Origin: Pseudomonadota bacterium
GTDB lineage: Bacteria > Bdellovibrionota_B > Oligoflexia > Oligoflexales > CAIYRB01
Length of the DNA stretch: 64,000 nt
NCBI GenBank assembly: GCA_031416315.1
Contig: JANOTL010000169.1
Coordinates: 19,526 to 83,525, forward strand
Direction: 5' to 3'
Shown: in pieces, positions 40,128 to 50,200 of the stretch
Position numbering within the stretch: the first letter of the stretch is position 1
How the letters are laid out: every line of letters starts with the position of its first letter
Notes under the pieces: model-generated
Databases searched by the model: none
What the model was told of the DNA's origin: nothing
The model's input: the letters and a program-made list of their open reading frames with translations, nothing else
Position numbers and translations under genes: made by a program

Positions 40128-40191
40128 CTCTCGTTTCCTCCCGCGTGATCATGCACTAATATGTCCGTCCGCTCCAACGAGGTCCAGAGAC

Positions 40192-41730
40192 ATGTCCAAG
40201 CAGCAGCAGCAAGCGCCCAAGGAAAAAACCGCCATCACCCCGACCCGGGAGCAAGACTACCCGGAATGGTATCAGCAGGTGATCAAGGCCGCCGACATGG
40301 CCGAGAACTCGCCGGTGCGCGGCTGCATGGTGATCAAGCCGTGGGGCTACGGCATGTGGGAGAACATCCAGCGGTCGCTCGACAGGATGTTCAAGGACAC
40401 CGGCCACGTGAACGCCTATTTCCCGCTCCTCATCCCGCTCTCCTTCTTAGAGAAGGAGGCCGAGCACGTCGAGGGCTTCGCCAAAGAGTGCGCGGTCGTC
40501 ACCCACCACCGGCTCGAGCCGAACGGCAAGGGCGGCCTACGCCCGGCGGGCGAGCTCGACGAGCCGCTGATCATCCGCCCGACCTCGGAGACGATCATCG
40601 GCGCGAGCTACGCCAAATGGGTCCAGAGCTACCGCGACCTGCCGATCCTCATCAATCAATGGGCGAACGTCATGCGTTGGGAGATGCGGACGCGCCTCTT
40701 CCTGCGCACGGCGGAGTTCCTCTGGCAGGAAGGGCACACGGCCCACGCGACGGATGGCGAGGCGATGGTCGAGACGCGCAAAATGCTCGACGTCTACGCC
40801 GACTTCGCCGAGAACTTCATGGCCATGCCGGTGATCAAAGGCGAGAAGACGCCGGACGAGCGCTTCCCGGGCGCGGTCAACACCTTCGCCATCGAGGCGA
40901 TGATGCAGGACCGGAAGGCGCTGCAGGCGGGCACCTCGCACTTTCTCGGCCAGAACTTCGCCAAAGCGTCGGGGATCAAGTTCCTGGACCAGGCAGGCGT
41001 CGAGCAGACCGCGTGGACGACCTCGTGGGGCGTGTCGACGCGGCTCATCGGCGGCCTGATCATGACGCACGCGGACGACGACGGCATGGTGATCCCGCCG
41101 CGTCTCGCGCCCCAGCACGTGATCATCATCCCGATCTACCGGACCGACGAGGAGAAGGCGCAGGTCCTCCCCTTCTGCGAGGCCATCAAGAAAGAGCTCC
41201 TGGCGACGCCTTACAACTCCGGGCGCATTGAATGCGGCATCGACGACCGCGACATCCGCGGCGGCGAGAAGACCTGGCAGCACATCAAAAAAGGTGTGCC
41301 GATCCGCCTCGAGGTGGGCCCGCGCGACGTCGCCGCCGGCACCGTCTTCATGGGCCGCAGGGATCTTCCCGCGAAAGAAAAGAAGGGCGTGCCGCGCGAC
41401 GAGTTCGTGCAGACGGCCGTCTCGATCCTGGACTCGATGCAGCAGGCGCTCTTCGACCGTGCGCTCAAGCACCGCGAGGCGAACACGGTGAAGATCGACA
41501 AGTGGGACGACTTCGTCGCCTACTTCACGCCGAAGAATGAAGGCAAGCCCGAGGCGCACGGCGGCTTCGCGCTCTGCCATTGGAGCGGCGGCCCCGACGT
41601 GCTCGAGAAGCTGAAGGACCTCAAGGTCACGGCGCGCTGCATCCCGCTCGACGGTCCCGAGGAGAAGGGTACCTGCCTCTTCTCCGGCCGCCCGAGCACG
41701 AAGCGCGTCATCTTCGCGAAGTCCTACTGA
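40192..41730 (+). CDS. proS: Proline-tRNA ligase, archaeal/eukaryotic-type (no INS editing domain)
   Basis: EAEHVEGFAKE, RPTSET, EFLWQEGHT, QAGTSHFLGQNF, C-terminal FAKSY. Confidence 0.97.
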   Translation: MSKQQQQAPKEKTAITPTREQDYPEWYQQVIKAADMAENSPVRGCMVIKPWGYGMWENIQRSLDRMFKDTGHVNAYFPLLIPLSFLEKEAEHVEGFAKECAVVTHHRLEPNGKGGLRPAGELDEPLIIRPTSETIIGASYAKWVQSYRDLPILINQWANVMRWEMRTRLFLRTAEFLWQEGHTAHATDGEAMVETRKMLDVYADFAENFMAMPVIKGEKTPDERFPGAVNTFAIEAMMQDRKALQAGTSHFLGQNFAKASGIKFLDQAGVEQTAWTTSWGVSTRLIGGLIMTHADDDGMVIPPRLAPQHVIIIPIYRTDEEKAQVLPFCEAIKKELLATPYNSGRIECGIDDRDIRGGEKTWQHIKKGVPIRLEVGPRDVAAGTVFMGRRDLPAKEKKGVPRDEFVQTAVSILDSMQQALFDRALKHREANTVKIDKWDDFVAYFTPKNEGKPEAHGGFALCHWSGGPDVLEKLKDLKVTARCIPLDGPEEKGTCLFSGRPSTKRVIFAKSY

Positions 41731-42472
41731 CGACGACGGCGCAGGCCGTCGAGAGCAAAACGAGCAGGGCCGACAGCGCATAGAGCTCTCTCCCGAGTCC
41801 GAAGCGGATCCGGGAGTAGAGCTTCATCGGCAGCGTGTCGCCGCCGACGCCGGCCGTGAAGAAGCTGATCAGAAAATCGTCGAAGGACAGCGTAAAGGCC
41901 ATCAACGCGCCGGCGAGAATCCCGGGCAGGACGAGCGGCAGGAGAACGCGGCGGAACACGGCGAAACGGCCGGCGCCGAGGTCTCTTGCGGCGTCGATCA
42001 GCGCCGGATCCAGGCCGCGCAGGCTCGCGCGTACGGCGACCAGGACGTAGGACACGGAGAACGTGACGTGCGCGAGCACGATCGAATGCATGCCGAGCGT
42101 CATCCGCAAGGTCGCGAACCAGATCAAAGAAGCGATGCCCAAAACGAGCTCCGGCATCGCCAGCGGCAGGAGGCTCAGGACGTCGAGGATGCGGCGCCCG
42201 GGGAAGTGGCCGCGCTCGAGCGCGATGGCCCCCGAAGTCCCGAGAACCGTGGCGACGGCGCTCGCGAGCGCGGCGATGACGAGACTCCGCTCCAGGGCTT
42301 CGAGCATCTGCGAGTCCTGCAAAAGCTTCGCGTACCATTCCAGCGTGAAACCCGTCTCGCGCGAGGCGAACGAGAGCGAGACGACGGTCAGGATCGGCGC
42401 ATAAAGCAAGAGATAGGCGACCGCCGAGAGCGCGATGACGACCGAGCGCGAGCGTCTCGAGGCTCTACCCAC
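41708..42472 (-). CDS. potC: Spermidine/putrescine ABC permease
   Basis: FTLEWY, DAARDLGA, FTLSFDDF, TLP. Confidence 0.88.
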   Translation of the reverse strand: MGRASRRSRSVVIALSAVAYLLLYAPILTVVSLSFASRETGFTLEWYAKLLQDSQMLEALERSLVIAALASAVATVLGTSGAIALERGHFPGRRILDVLSLLPLAMPELVLGIASLIWFATLRMTLGMHSIVLAHVTFSVSYVLVAVRASLRGLDPALIDAARDLGAGRFAVFRRVLLPLVLPGILAGALMAFTLSFDDFLISFFTAGVGGDTLPMKLYSRIRFGLGRELYALSALLVLLSTACAVVVSRTSRR

Positions 42473-43289
42473 GGCTCGCCTCAGCCCGCTCGAGACGCTT
42501 TTGGCCCATGAAGCAGAAGGTCATCGTCACGACGAGGAGCATGACGAGGGCCGCGCCGAAAGGCCAGTCGCGCGCCTTTAGAAACTGCTCGGTGACGAGG
42601 TTGCCAAGAAGCATCGTGCGCGCGCCGCCCAAAAGGTCGGGTATCAGGAACTCGCCCAGGGCCGGCACGAAGACGAGGAGCGCGCCGGAGACGATGCCGA
42701 CGCGGATCCCCGGGAGGATCACCCGCCACAGCGCCAGTCGGTCGGATGCCCCGAGATCCTTTGCAGCCTCCACCAGAGTAAAGTCGAAGCGCTCGAGCGC
42801 CACGTAGAGCGGCAGCACCATGAACGGCAGGTAGTTGGTGAGCATGCCGAGCCAGACGGCGCCGGCGGAATCCGAGTAGCTGACGCCGCCGGCGAGCGCT
42901 GCGACCGGCCCCTCGATCCCGAGCAGCACCTTGATCGCGTATGCGCGCACGACGAAGTTCGAGAGAAAGGGGGTCATCAGCAAAGTCATCAACGGCGTCC
43001 GCCAACGTGCCGGCGCGCGGGCCAGGGCCAGCGCCAGGGGCAAGCCCAGGACGAAGACCGCCGCCGTGACGGAAACGGCCATTTGCGCGCTCTTCCAGAA
43101 GATCCCGAGGTAAAGAGGGTCGAAGACCCGGGCGTAGTTGCCGAGCTGGAAGGAGACCTCGACCTGACCGTACGCGCCGCGGCGGAAGAAGCTGTAAGCG
43201 AAGACGACGGCGAGCGGAGCGGCGAGGAAGACGAGGAGCCAGAGGGAAAGGGGGACGGCAAGCCAGGCTCCGCGCGACCGCCCGCTCAC
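42465..43289 (-). CDS. potB: Spermidine/putrescine ABC permease
   Basis: YLPFMVLPLY, EAAKDLGA, PDLLGG, RDWPFGAA; GTGA overlap with potA. Confidence 0.88.
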   Translation of the reverse strand: MSGRSRGAWLAVPLSLWLLVFLAAPLAVVFAYSFFRRGAYGQVEVSFQLGNYARVFDPLYLGIFWKSAQMAVSVTAAVFVLGLPLALALARAPARWRTPLMTLLMTPFLSNFVVRAYAIKVLLGIEGPVAALAGGVSYSDSAGAVWLGMLTNYLPFMVLPLYVALERFDFTLVEAAKDLGASDRLALWRVILPGIRVGIVSGALLVFVPALGEFLIPDLLGGARTMLLGNLVTEQFLKARDWPFGAALVMLLVVTMTFCFMGQKRLERAEASRG

Positions 43290-44365
43290 GCGCCCCTCGG
43301 CACGAGGCGCGCGTCGCGCGCCGCGAAAGCGAGGGTGACGGCGGCGCCCGGGACCGCCACGCTCCGATCGCAGCGCACGACGACCGCCGGCATGCCGGCC
43401 ACGACCGGGGCGCACAGGAGCTCGTACTCGGCGCCCTTGAACAAAACATCGGTCAGTTTACCCTGGAAGACGAGGTCCCCGGGCTCGGGGACGAGCCGGA
43501 GGTGCTCGGGCCGCAGCACGACCTGCACGGCCGTTCCCGCCGGGAACTGCGCCGGCACCCTGGTCGGCACCTCCAGCACGCCGAGCGCCCCGCAGTCGAC
43601 GGCTACCGTTTCTGGCGCAGACCCCGCCCCGCGCGAAGTCCCTGAAAAGGCGTTGGCGGTGCCGATGAAGCCCGCGACGAAGCTCGTCTCCGGCCACGAG
43701 TACACGGTCTCCGGCGCGCCGACCTGCTCGATCCGCCCGGCGTTCATCACGCAGATGCGGTCGGCGAGCGTCAGCGCTTCCTCTTGATCGTGCGTCACGA
43801 GGATGAAGGTGATGCCGAGCCGCCGTTGCAGGCGCTTCAACTCGACTTGCATCTTTTGCCGCAACTTCAGGTCCAGGGCCGCGAGCGGCTCGTCGAGGAG
43901 CAGGACGCGCGGCTGCATCACTAAGGCCCGCGCGATCGCGACCCTTTGCTGCTGCCCACCTGAGAGGCTCGAGACCTTGCGCTTCTCGAAGCCGGAAAGC
44001 TCGACCAGCTCGAGCGCCTCGCTCGCCCGTCGGTGAATCTCCGCGCGCGCGAGCTTCTTCAGCTCGAGCCCGAAAGAGACGTTGCCGAGGACGTCGAGAT
44101 GCGGAAAGAGCGCGTAGCGTTGGAAGATCATGTTACAGGCGCGGCGGTTCGGCGGCTCGTGGTCGATGCGGACGCCGCCGAGGCGGATCTCTCCCGCGTC
44201 GGGCGACTCGAAGCCTCCGAGAAGGCGAAGAAGCGTGGTCTTGCCGCAGCCGCTCGGGCCGAGCAGCGCCCACAGCTCGCCCTCGCCGATCGCCAGGTCC
44301 AAGGCCTCGACGGCGAAGAGACCTCCAAAGGACTTGCTGAGCCCGCAGATTTCGAGCATGGACAT
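43286..44365 (-). CDS. potA: Spermidine/putrescine ABC ATPase
   Basis: GPSGCGKT, FQRYALFPH, LSGGQQQR, LLLDEP, THDQEEA. Confidence 0.9.
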   Translation of the reverse strand: MSMLEICGLSKSFGGLFAVEALDLAIGEGELWALLGPSGCGKTTLLRLLGGFESPDAGEIRLGGVRIDHEPPNRRACNMIFQRYALFPHLDVLGNVSFGLELKKLARAEIHRRASEALELVELSGFEKRKVSSLSGGQQQRVAIARALVMQPRVLLLDEPLAALDLKLRQKMQVELKRLQRRLGITFILVTHDQEEALTLADRICVMNAGRIEQVGAPETVYSWPETSFVAGFIGTANAFSGTSRGAGSAPETVAVDCGALGVLEVPTRVPAQFPAGTAVQVVLRPEHLRLVPEPGDLVFQGKLTDVLFKGAEYELLCAPVVAGMPAVVVRCDRSVAVPGAAVTLAFAARDARLVPRGA

Positions 44366-44402
44366 AGGAGTCAGATTCTACTGCAATCATGCGAGGCCGA
44401 TC

Positions 44403-45515
44403 ATGTATTTCCGTCGCCGTTCGCTTTTCGCCGCCGCCTGCGCCTGCCTCGCCCTCGGCGGCTTCGCCTGCACCAAAGAAAAGCCGGCGGTCGAGCCCGC
44501 GAAATCCGCGGCTCAGCCCGCCGCTCAATCCACGGCGCCGGCCGAGCAAGTGGTCAACCTCTTCATCTGGGCCAACTACACCTCCCCCGAGCTCCTCGCC
44601 GAGTTCACCAAGAAGACCGGCATCAAAGTGCAGGAGTCGAACTTCGGCTCGAACGAGGAGCTGCTCGCCAAGCTCCAGGCAGGCGGCGCCGGCTTCGACC
44701 TGGCCGTGCCCTCCGACTACATGGTCGCGGTGATGGCGAAGCTCGGGCTCCTCGAGACGCTCGACCGCACGAAGATCCCCAATTTCGCCAACCTCGATCC
44801 GCAGTTCCTGGGCAAGACCTTCGACGCGAAGAACGAGTACTCGGTGCCGTACGCTTGGTCGATCACCGGCATCGCCGTGAACAAGAAGGCGTATCCGGAT
44901 CCGGTCACGAGCTGGGCCGATCTTCTGCAGAATCCCAAGGCCGCGGGCAAGGTCTCGCTCTTGGACGACGTGCGCGAGGTGATCGGCGCGGGCCTCAAGC
45001 TCAACGGCTTCACGCTGAACAGCACCGATCCCGCGGCATTGGACAAGGCCAAGCAGACGCTCCTTCTGGCGAAGAAGAACGTCAAAGCCTTCAACTCGAG
45101 TCCGATCGACTTGATCAAGTCGGGCGACGTCGCGATCGCGCACATGTACGCGCAGGAGGCGATGCTCGCCGCGCGGGAGAGCGGCGGCTCGATCGAGTTC
45201 GTCGTGCCGAAGGAAGGCGCGACGCTCGCCATCGACAACATCGTGCTGCTGAAGAACGCCGCGCACAAAGACGCCGCGCTCCAGCTCGTGAACTTTCTCC
45301 TCGAGACCTCGGCCAACGTCGACTTCGTCACGCGGCAGATGGCCGGCCCCGTCTTGAAGGACACGCGATCGAAGCTTCCCGAGAGCCTGAAGAACCACCC
45401 CGTGCTCTTCCCCTCCCCCGAAGTTTTGGCGAAATTCGAAATGATGCAAGATCTCGGAGAGGCGACGGCGCTTTACGATCGCGCCTGGTCGGAGCTGAAA
45501 GCCGCCAGCCACTGA
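44403..45515 (+). CDS. potD: Spermidine/putrescine-binding lipoprotein
   Basis: Lipobox GFAC; WANY, SNEELLAKL, PSDYM, PYAW..TGI, PKEG. Confidence 0.9.
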   Translation: MYFRRRSLFAAACACLALGGFACTKEKPAVEPAKSAAQPAAQSTAPAEQVVNLFIWANYTSPELLAEFTKKTGIKVQESNFGSNEELLAKLQAGGAGFDLAVPSDYMVAVMAKLGLLETLDRTKIPNFANLDPQFLGKTFDAKNEYSVPYAWSITGIAVNKKAYPDPVTSWADLLQNPKAAGKVSLLDDVREVIGAGLKLNGFTLNSTDPAALDKAKQTLLLAKKNVKAFNSSPIDLIKSGDVAIAHMYAQEAMLAARESGGSIEFVVPKEGATLAIDNIVLLKNAAHKDAALQLVNFLLETSANVDFVTRQMAGPVLKDTRSKLPESLKNHPVLFPSPEVLAKFEMMQDLGEATALYDRAWSELKAASH

Positions 45516-45595
45516 AGAACTTGGCAGACCGGCTCGCCTCGCGGTAAATCTAGAGCTAAGTCCAGCTTTTATCACTCTACCCGCGAGGCCGCCCC

Positions 45596-47230
45596 GTGCA
45601 ACGGACGCAGCAATACTTCTTCTGCGCAGCGCTCGGCTCTTTGGTCGTCTCATCTTTCGCCTGCCGCTCGACGCCGACGTCGACCGCCGGGGTGAAGGAC
45701 GCCGTCGCCGACAAACCCGAGTTCTCCGGACTCGACTTGCAGATGAGCGGGGACGAGGCCACGGGTGAGATCCAAGCCAAGTTCCAGTTCACCACCGGCG
45801 AGTTCAAGGCCGGCGACACGGTCGAGCTGCGGTGGGACGTGGTCCGCTCGCTCGAGGAGCCGAAGGTGAACTGCTCGGCGCTGCGCGGCAAGGACATCGT
45901 CACGCTCACCGGCGACGGCAGGAGCGGCAGCTTCACGAAGAAGGTCGATACGAAGCTCTTCAAAGTCCCCTTCGAGGTCGACCCGCAAGAGCAGGCGAAA
46001 GCGAACATGGACAAGCTCGTCGGCACCGGCGGCACGCTCCGGGTCGAAGGCTGCCTCATGAAGCCGGGCGCTGCGGGCAAAGCCCTCGGCACCGGCCGCG
46101 GCAAAATGCGCGGCGGCAAGGTAAAAGGCCTCGGCCTAGCCGGCGAGGGGGATCCCCAGATCGTGCAATTCGGCAAGCTCTGCGCCGAGAAGCTCGGCGC
46201 GCTTCCCGCCTTCAGCTGCCTCGACGAGACGCAATTCAAGATCATTCCGATCACGCAGACCGACGGCAGCGGCAACGTCACGACGCCGAACACGCGTGTC
46301 GACAGCTGCGACCGCCCCATCTACCTGCCGACCGGTAGCGGCGGCTACTGCAAGCCTTGGGCGCGCGTCGGCCGCATCAAGGTCTCCGACGACGTCTTCG
46401 CCGGCGTCGTCTGCCGTCGTTACTGGACCCCGAACTATCCGGCGATTGAAGGCCCCGACGATCCGGTCTTCAACGACGTCGCCGTCATCCAGCACAACAA
46501 GAAGACCGGCGACACCTGCTACTTCCAAGCGCTCGGCACGCTCTACGCCAAGCGCGTGCCGCCGCCGAACGAGCTCGAGCTGCCGCCCGAGGTGCAAGCC
46601 GAGCATCCGCAGGCCGCGGCCGCGAAAGACTTTTGGCTCGAGCCCGCGAACGTCGCCAACATCAACTGCATCACCTGCCACGACGCCGACGCGTGGATGC
46701 ACAGCCCCTACATCGACCAGCCGAAGACCGAGGACGGCGACACGTGGCTGCCGTCGGCGCCGCGCTCGAAGTACAACGTCCTCGGCGCCAAGTTCGGCTT
46801 CGGCAACTGGCCGACGAGCTACTCGGTCAAGCCGAAAGAGAACGGGGAGTGCGCGAGCTGCCACCGCATCGGCTCCCTCAAAGGCTGCGAGGCCTGGGCG
46901 GCCGACTCCGGCGGCATGAAGATCGCAAATCAATTCGTCAACGCCAAGACTGCTTACGGCAAAGCCTTCCCGCAGTCGCATTGGATGCCGACCTCGGACT
47001 ACGGCGACATCCCGACGCTCGAGGAATGGACGGCGCAAATGGGGCCGGCGCACAAGGCCATGGTCGACTGCTGCAACGTGAAGCGGCCGGACGGCTCGAA
47101 GATCCTCGGCCTCATCGGCGAGTTCGGCGGCGCCAAGTCGCGCTACGGCAAGACGATGAATCAGACTGACATCGACATCCTCGATGCCGCCGGCTGCAAA
47201 GTCACCGCGCTCTCGACTACTTCGGATTAA
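45596..47230 (+). CDS. Diheme c-type Cys-rich lipoprotein of unknown function
   Basis: Lipobox SFAC; CITCH and CASCH; HWMP possible axial ligands. Confidence 0.7.
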   Translation: MQRTQQYFFCAALGSLVVSSFACRSTPTSTAGVKDAVADKPEFSGLDLQMSGDEATGEIQAKFQFTTGEFKAGDTVELRWDVVRSLEEPKVNCSALRGKDIVTLTGDGRSGSFTKKVDTKLFKVPFEVDPQEQAKANMDKLVGTGGTLRVEGCLMKPGAAGKALGTGRGKMRGGKVKGLGLAGEGDPQIVQFGKLCAEKLGALPAFSCLDETQFKIIPITQTDGSGNVTTPNTRVDSCDRPIYLPTGSGGYCKPWARVGRIKVSDDVFAGVVCRRYWTPNYPAIEGPDDPVFNDVAVIQHNKKTGDTCYFQALGTLYAKRVPPPNELELPPEVQAEHPQAAAAKDFWLEPANVANINCITCHDADAWMHSPYIDQPKTEDGDTWLPSAPRSKYNVLGAKFGFGNWPTSYSVKPKENGECASCHRIGSLKGCEAWAADSGGMKIANQFVNAKTAYGKAFPQSHWMPTSDYGDIPTLEEWTAQMGPAHKAMVDCCNVKRPDGSKILGLIGEFGGAKSRYGKTMNQTDIDILDAAGCKVTALSTTSD

Positions 47231-48452
47231 GGTGCCGGAGGGCCAGCATCGTCCCGTGCATCTGATGCTGCACGACGTCGATGCGTAGGCCTGGCTCGAC
47301 GTTATGGTTCTGCACGCCGCCGATGGCCTTCGGGTCTTCGGTGGCGCCGAGCCCAATCGCCCGCGGATGGCCGACCTGCCAGCTCATCAACTTGCCCAGG
47401 CCCGTGTGGATCACGCACCCGTACTTCGTGACGCGACCCTTATCGCCCTTGCCTTTGGCCCAGGCGTAAGCGGGGACGATGCCCTCGTAGGCATAGCCGG
47501 TGTTGCGCGGGCGCTCGAGCGTGCGATGCACGTCGATCATCCAGTCGGCGAGCTCGAGGAGCCATTCGCCGTAAGGCGCGTCGTCGCCCCACTTCGAGGT
47601 GGCGAGCTCGTAGAACGCCATCGAGGACCATTGGTAAAAGCCTTTGGTGACGTCGGAGTCGGGATCCGCCGCGAGCGCCTTCTCGATATTGATCCGGTGG
47701 CCCGCCGCCGCCGACTCCTTCACGAGCGGCGCCAGGTCCTCGCGTCCGAGGTATTTCATCGCCTTCACCAACGCGAGCAAGGCCTCGCCGTCCGAATAGG
47801 GCGAATGGTTGCCGAACGCGGCGCCGCCGTCGTAGTCATATCGGCCGTGCCAAAGGCCGTCGGCATTGCGGCTGGCGACTAGAAAGTTGACGTAGGCGTT
47901 GGCACGGGCCGTCCACTCGTCGCGCTCGACCTTGGCGTCCGGCAAGAGCCCACGCACGTGGTCGATCGTCGCGAGGGCGACCAAGGCCGCCATCCCCATG
48001 CCGCCGGAGCTCTCCAGCTTGTCCTTCCCGACGTAGACCGGGAAACGCCCTCCCGTCGCGGTCACCCCGGCGTGCCGGTCGAAGAACGCGAGGGATTTCC
48101 CCAACGCGGTCTTCAGCTCGGCCGGCGCCTTCGGCGGGCCTTCGAACTGATGCAACAGGGCGAGACCCCACAGCGCGCCGGCCTGCCGGACCTCGTTGTC
48201 GTCGGTGTCGTAAGTCTTCGCCTTCCAATCGTAGAGGTAGTCGAAGTTGCCGGCGTCTTTCTGATGCACGAGCAGAAAGCGCGTGCCGAGCTCGACCGAG
48301 CGCTCGAGCTCCGCGCGGGTTACGACGACGTCGCACCGCCCCTCGCGCCGAGGCCAAGGGCCGTTCATCCCGTCCAGAAGCCCCAGGAAATAGAGCGCGC
48401 CCGCGGCCGCGCCCATGCCCAAAATCGCCGCCAGAGCCCGCCTGCCGAGCAT
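47217..48452 (-). CDS. Membrane-anchored alpha/alpha-barrel hypothetical protein
   Basis: N-terminal TM; GNFDYLY..N.VRQAG, YSDGEALLAL, RIDVVQH. Confidence 0.6.
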   Translation of the reverse strand: MLGRRALAAILGMGAAAGALYFLGLLDGMNGPWPRREGRCDVVVTRAELERSVELGTRFLLVHQKDAGNFDYLYDWKAKTYDTDDNEVRQAGALWGLALLHQFEGPPKAPAELKTALGKSLAFFDRHAGVTATGGRFPVYVGKDKLESSGGMGMAALVALATIDHVRGLLPDAKVERDEWTARANAYVNFLVASRNADGLWHGRYDYDGGAAFGNHSPYSDGEALLALVKAMKYLGREDLAPLVKESAAAGHRINIEKALAADPDSDVTKGFYQWSSMAFYELATSKWGDDAPYGEWLLELADWMIDVHRTLERPRNTGYAYEGIVPAYAWAKGKGDKGRVTKYGCVIHTGLGKLMSWQVGHPRAIGLGATEDPKAIGGVQNHNVEPGLRIDVVQHQMHGTMLALRHLNPK

Positions 48453-48502
48453 CGAACGCCTCCTCGTAAGATCTTGCCGTAGCTAGAGAAATCCAGATTT
48501 TC

Positions 48503-48529
48503 TCAAGTATAGGCTGGGCGGGCCGAAGT
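48503..48529 (+). promoter_or_regulatory. Sigma-28-like promoter for 48588
   Basis: TCAA-N15-GCCGAAGT. Confidence 0.5.
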
Positions 48530-48587
48530 TAAAAGTCGCTCCTCGCGCCCCCGAAAATAGTGGAACGGTTCTAGGTGGGGGAAGCAC

Positions 48588-48872
48588 ATGCGTCTGAATT
48601 CCAAGCTCGCAGCCATGCTCGTGGCGACGGCGCTCGCGGGCTGCGCCATGCCGGAGAACGGCGGCGGCGACAGCGCGACGACCGCCAAGCAGCCCGGGGA
48701 GCCGGTCGAGCCGGCGGCGCAAAAGGCCGACACGCCGGCGCCGGTCGCGCCCGTTCCCGACGCCAAGGCTCAGCGCCTGGATTACGAGATCGTCGACGCC
48801 TTCATCCTCGCCGGCAGCGCGACGCCGCTCGAGCTCATCTCGGCCCCGAAAAGCCTGGCGGCCATTCAGTGA
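48588..48872 (+). CDS. Small lipoprotein
   Basis: Lipobox LAGC; GGGGGAA RBS. Confidence 0.7.
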   Translation: MRLNSKLAAMLVATALAGCAMPENGGGDSATTAKQPGEPVEPAAQKADTPAPVAPVPDAKAQRLDYEIVDAFILAGSATPLELISAPKSLAAIQ

Positions 48873-48880
48873 CCTAGACA

Positions 48881-48907
48881 TCGGACGGCCCCCTCCGTCC
48901 GACTTTT
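48881..48907 (+). terminator. Intrinsic terminator 1
   Basis: TCGGACGG-N6-CCGTCCGA-CTTTT. Confidence 0.65.
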
Positions 48908-48913
48908 GGATTC

Positions 48914-48949
48914 GGCGGCGATCCGGCTACGGGTCGCCGTTTTCCGTTT
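48914..48949 (+). terminator. Second tandem terminator-like hairpin
   Basis: GCGGCGATCCG-GCTA-CGGGTCGCCGT-TTTCCGTTT. Confidence 0.55.
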
Positions 48950-48977
48950 CGCCGGATTGCGGCTATCATGCCCGGGC

Positions 48978-49730
48978 ATGCGTGGACTCAAAGACAAGAT
49001 CGCGATCGTGACCGGCGCCGGCCGCGGCCTCGGGCGCGCCACGGCCGTCCGCTTGGCCGAGGAAGGCGTCCACGTCCTCGTCAACGACGTCGACGCGCGC
49101 AACGCCGAGACCACGGCGCGCATGCTGGTCAAGCTGGGCGTCCGGGCCTCGATCTCGACCCACGACGTCGCCGACAAGACCGACGCGGGAGCGATCGTGG
49201 CCCTCGCGGTGAAGACCCTCGGCGGCTGCGACATCTTGATCAACAACGCCGGCATCATTCGCGACGCCATGCTCGACAAGATGACCGAGGACGAGTTCGA
49301 CGCCGTCGTCCGGGTCAACCTGAAGGGCGTTTTCCTGGTGACCCAGGCCTTCGCCCGCGCGGTCCGCTCAAAGCAACACCGCGGCGTCGTCGTCAACATC
49401 GCCTCGATCTCATACCTCGGCAACATCGGCCAGACCAACTATGCCGCCGCGAAGGCCGGCGTCCTCGGCATGACCCGGACCTGGGCCCTCGAGCTCGCGC
49501 GCCACGGGATCCGCGTCAACGCCATCGCCCCCGGGCTGATGGACACGGACATGACCAAGGCGCTCCCGGAAAAGGTGCGCGCCAAGCTCGAGGCCAGCGT
49601 GCCGCTCGGACGCCTCGGCCGAGCCGAGGAGCTCGCGGCGGCCGTCTGCTACCTCGCTAGCGACGACGCGAGCTATGCCACCGGTAGCGTGCTCCACCTC
49701 GACGGCGGCAGCTCGGTCGGCGGATTTTAA
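48978..49730 (+). CDS. FabG-like SDR (3-oxoacyl-ACP / acetoacetyl-CoA reductase)
   Basis: TGAGRGLG, NNAGIIRD, GNIGQTNYAAAKAG. Confidence 0.9.
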   Translation: MRGLKDKIAIVTGAGRGLGRATAVRLAEEGVHVLVNDVDARNAETTARMLVKLGVRASISTHDVADKTDAGAIVALAVKTLGGCDILINNAGIIRDAMLDKMTEDEFDAVVRVNLKGVFLVTQAFARAVRSKQHRGVVVNIASISYLGNIGQTNYAAAKAGVLGMTRTWALELARHGIRVNAIAPGLMDTDMTKALPEKVRAKLEASVPLGRLGRAEELAAAVCYLASDDASYATGSVLHLDGGSSVGGF

Positions 49731-49755
49731 GTCCGAGGCGGCCCAGGCCCCTCGG

Positions 49756-50172
49756 GTGGCGCTCGTCGAGGCGAGCCCTGCCGAAGTTACGCCGCCGCGG
49801 CTTTCGGCGCGATTCGGCTGGGTCGAGCGCGACTGTCACACGCTGGTCGACCGCCTGGTCACGCTCGGCCTCCTCGGTCGCGACGGGAGTGGGGGTGTCC
49901 GCTTCACCGACGGGACGACCATAGGCGACGGCGCGAATCAGGCGCTGACGCGAAGCGCGCTCGTCCGTGCGCAGGCGGCGCTCGACGGTGACGGTCAGGT
50001 TCCCCCCGACGTTTGCCGCACGAGCGCGCTCGCGGTGACCAATGGCCGCCTCGACCAGGTGCACGCGCTGATCGCCGCCCTGCACGAGGACATCCGCGCG
50101 CTCGCGAGCCCTGAAGGCGCCGACGGCGCCGTCGTCCTCGTATCGACGCAGTGCCTGCGCCTCGATCGTTAG
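49756..50172 (+). pseudogene. N-terminally truncated TIGR02147/DUF4423-like remnant
   Basis: RLSARFG..VDRLVTLGLL..AL.RA.AAL...TSALAV...L..V.ALI..L..DI..L....VVLVSTQ..RL; no N-terminal HTH or clear RBS. Confidence 0.5.
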
Positions 50173-50200
50173 AGCGAAACGCGGCACCGCACGGGCTCGG

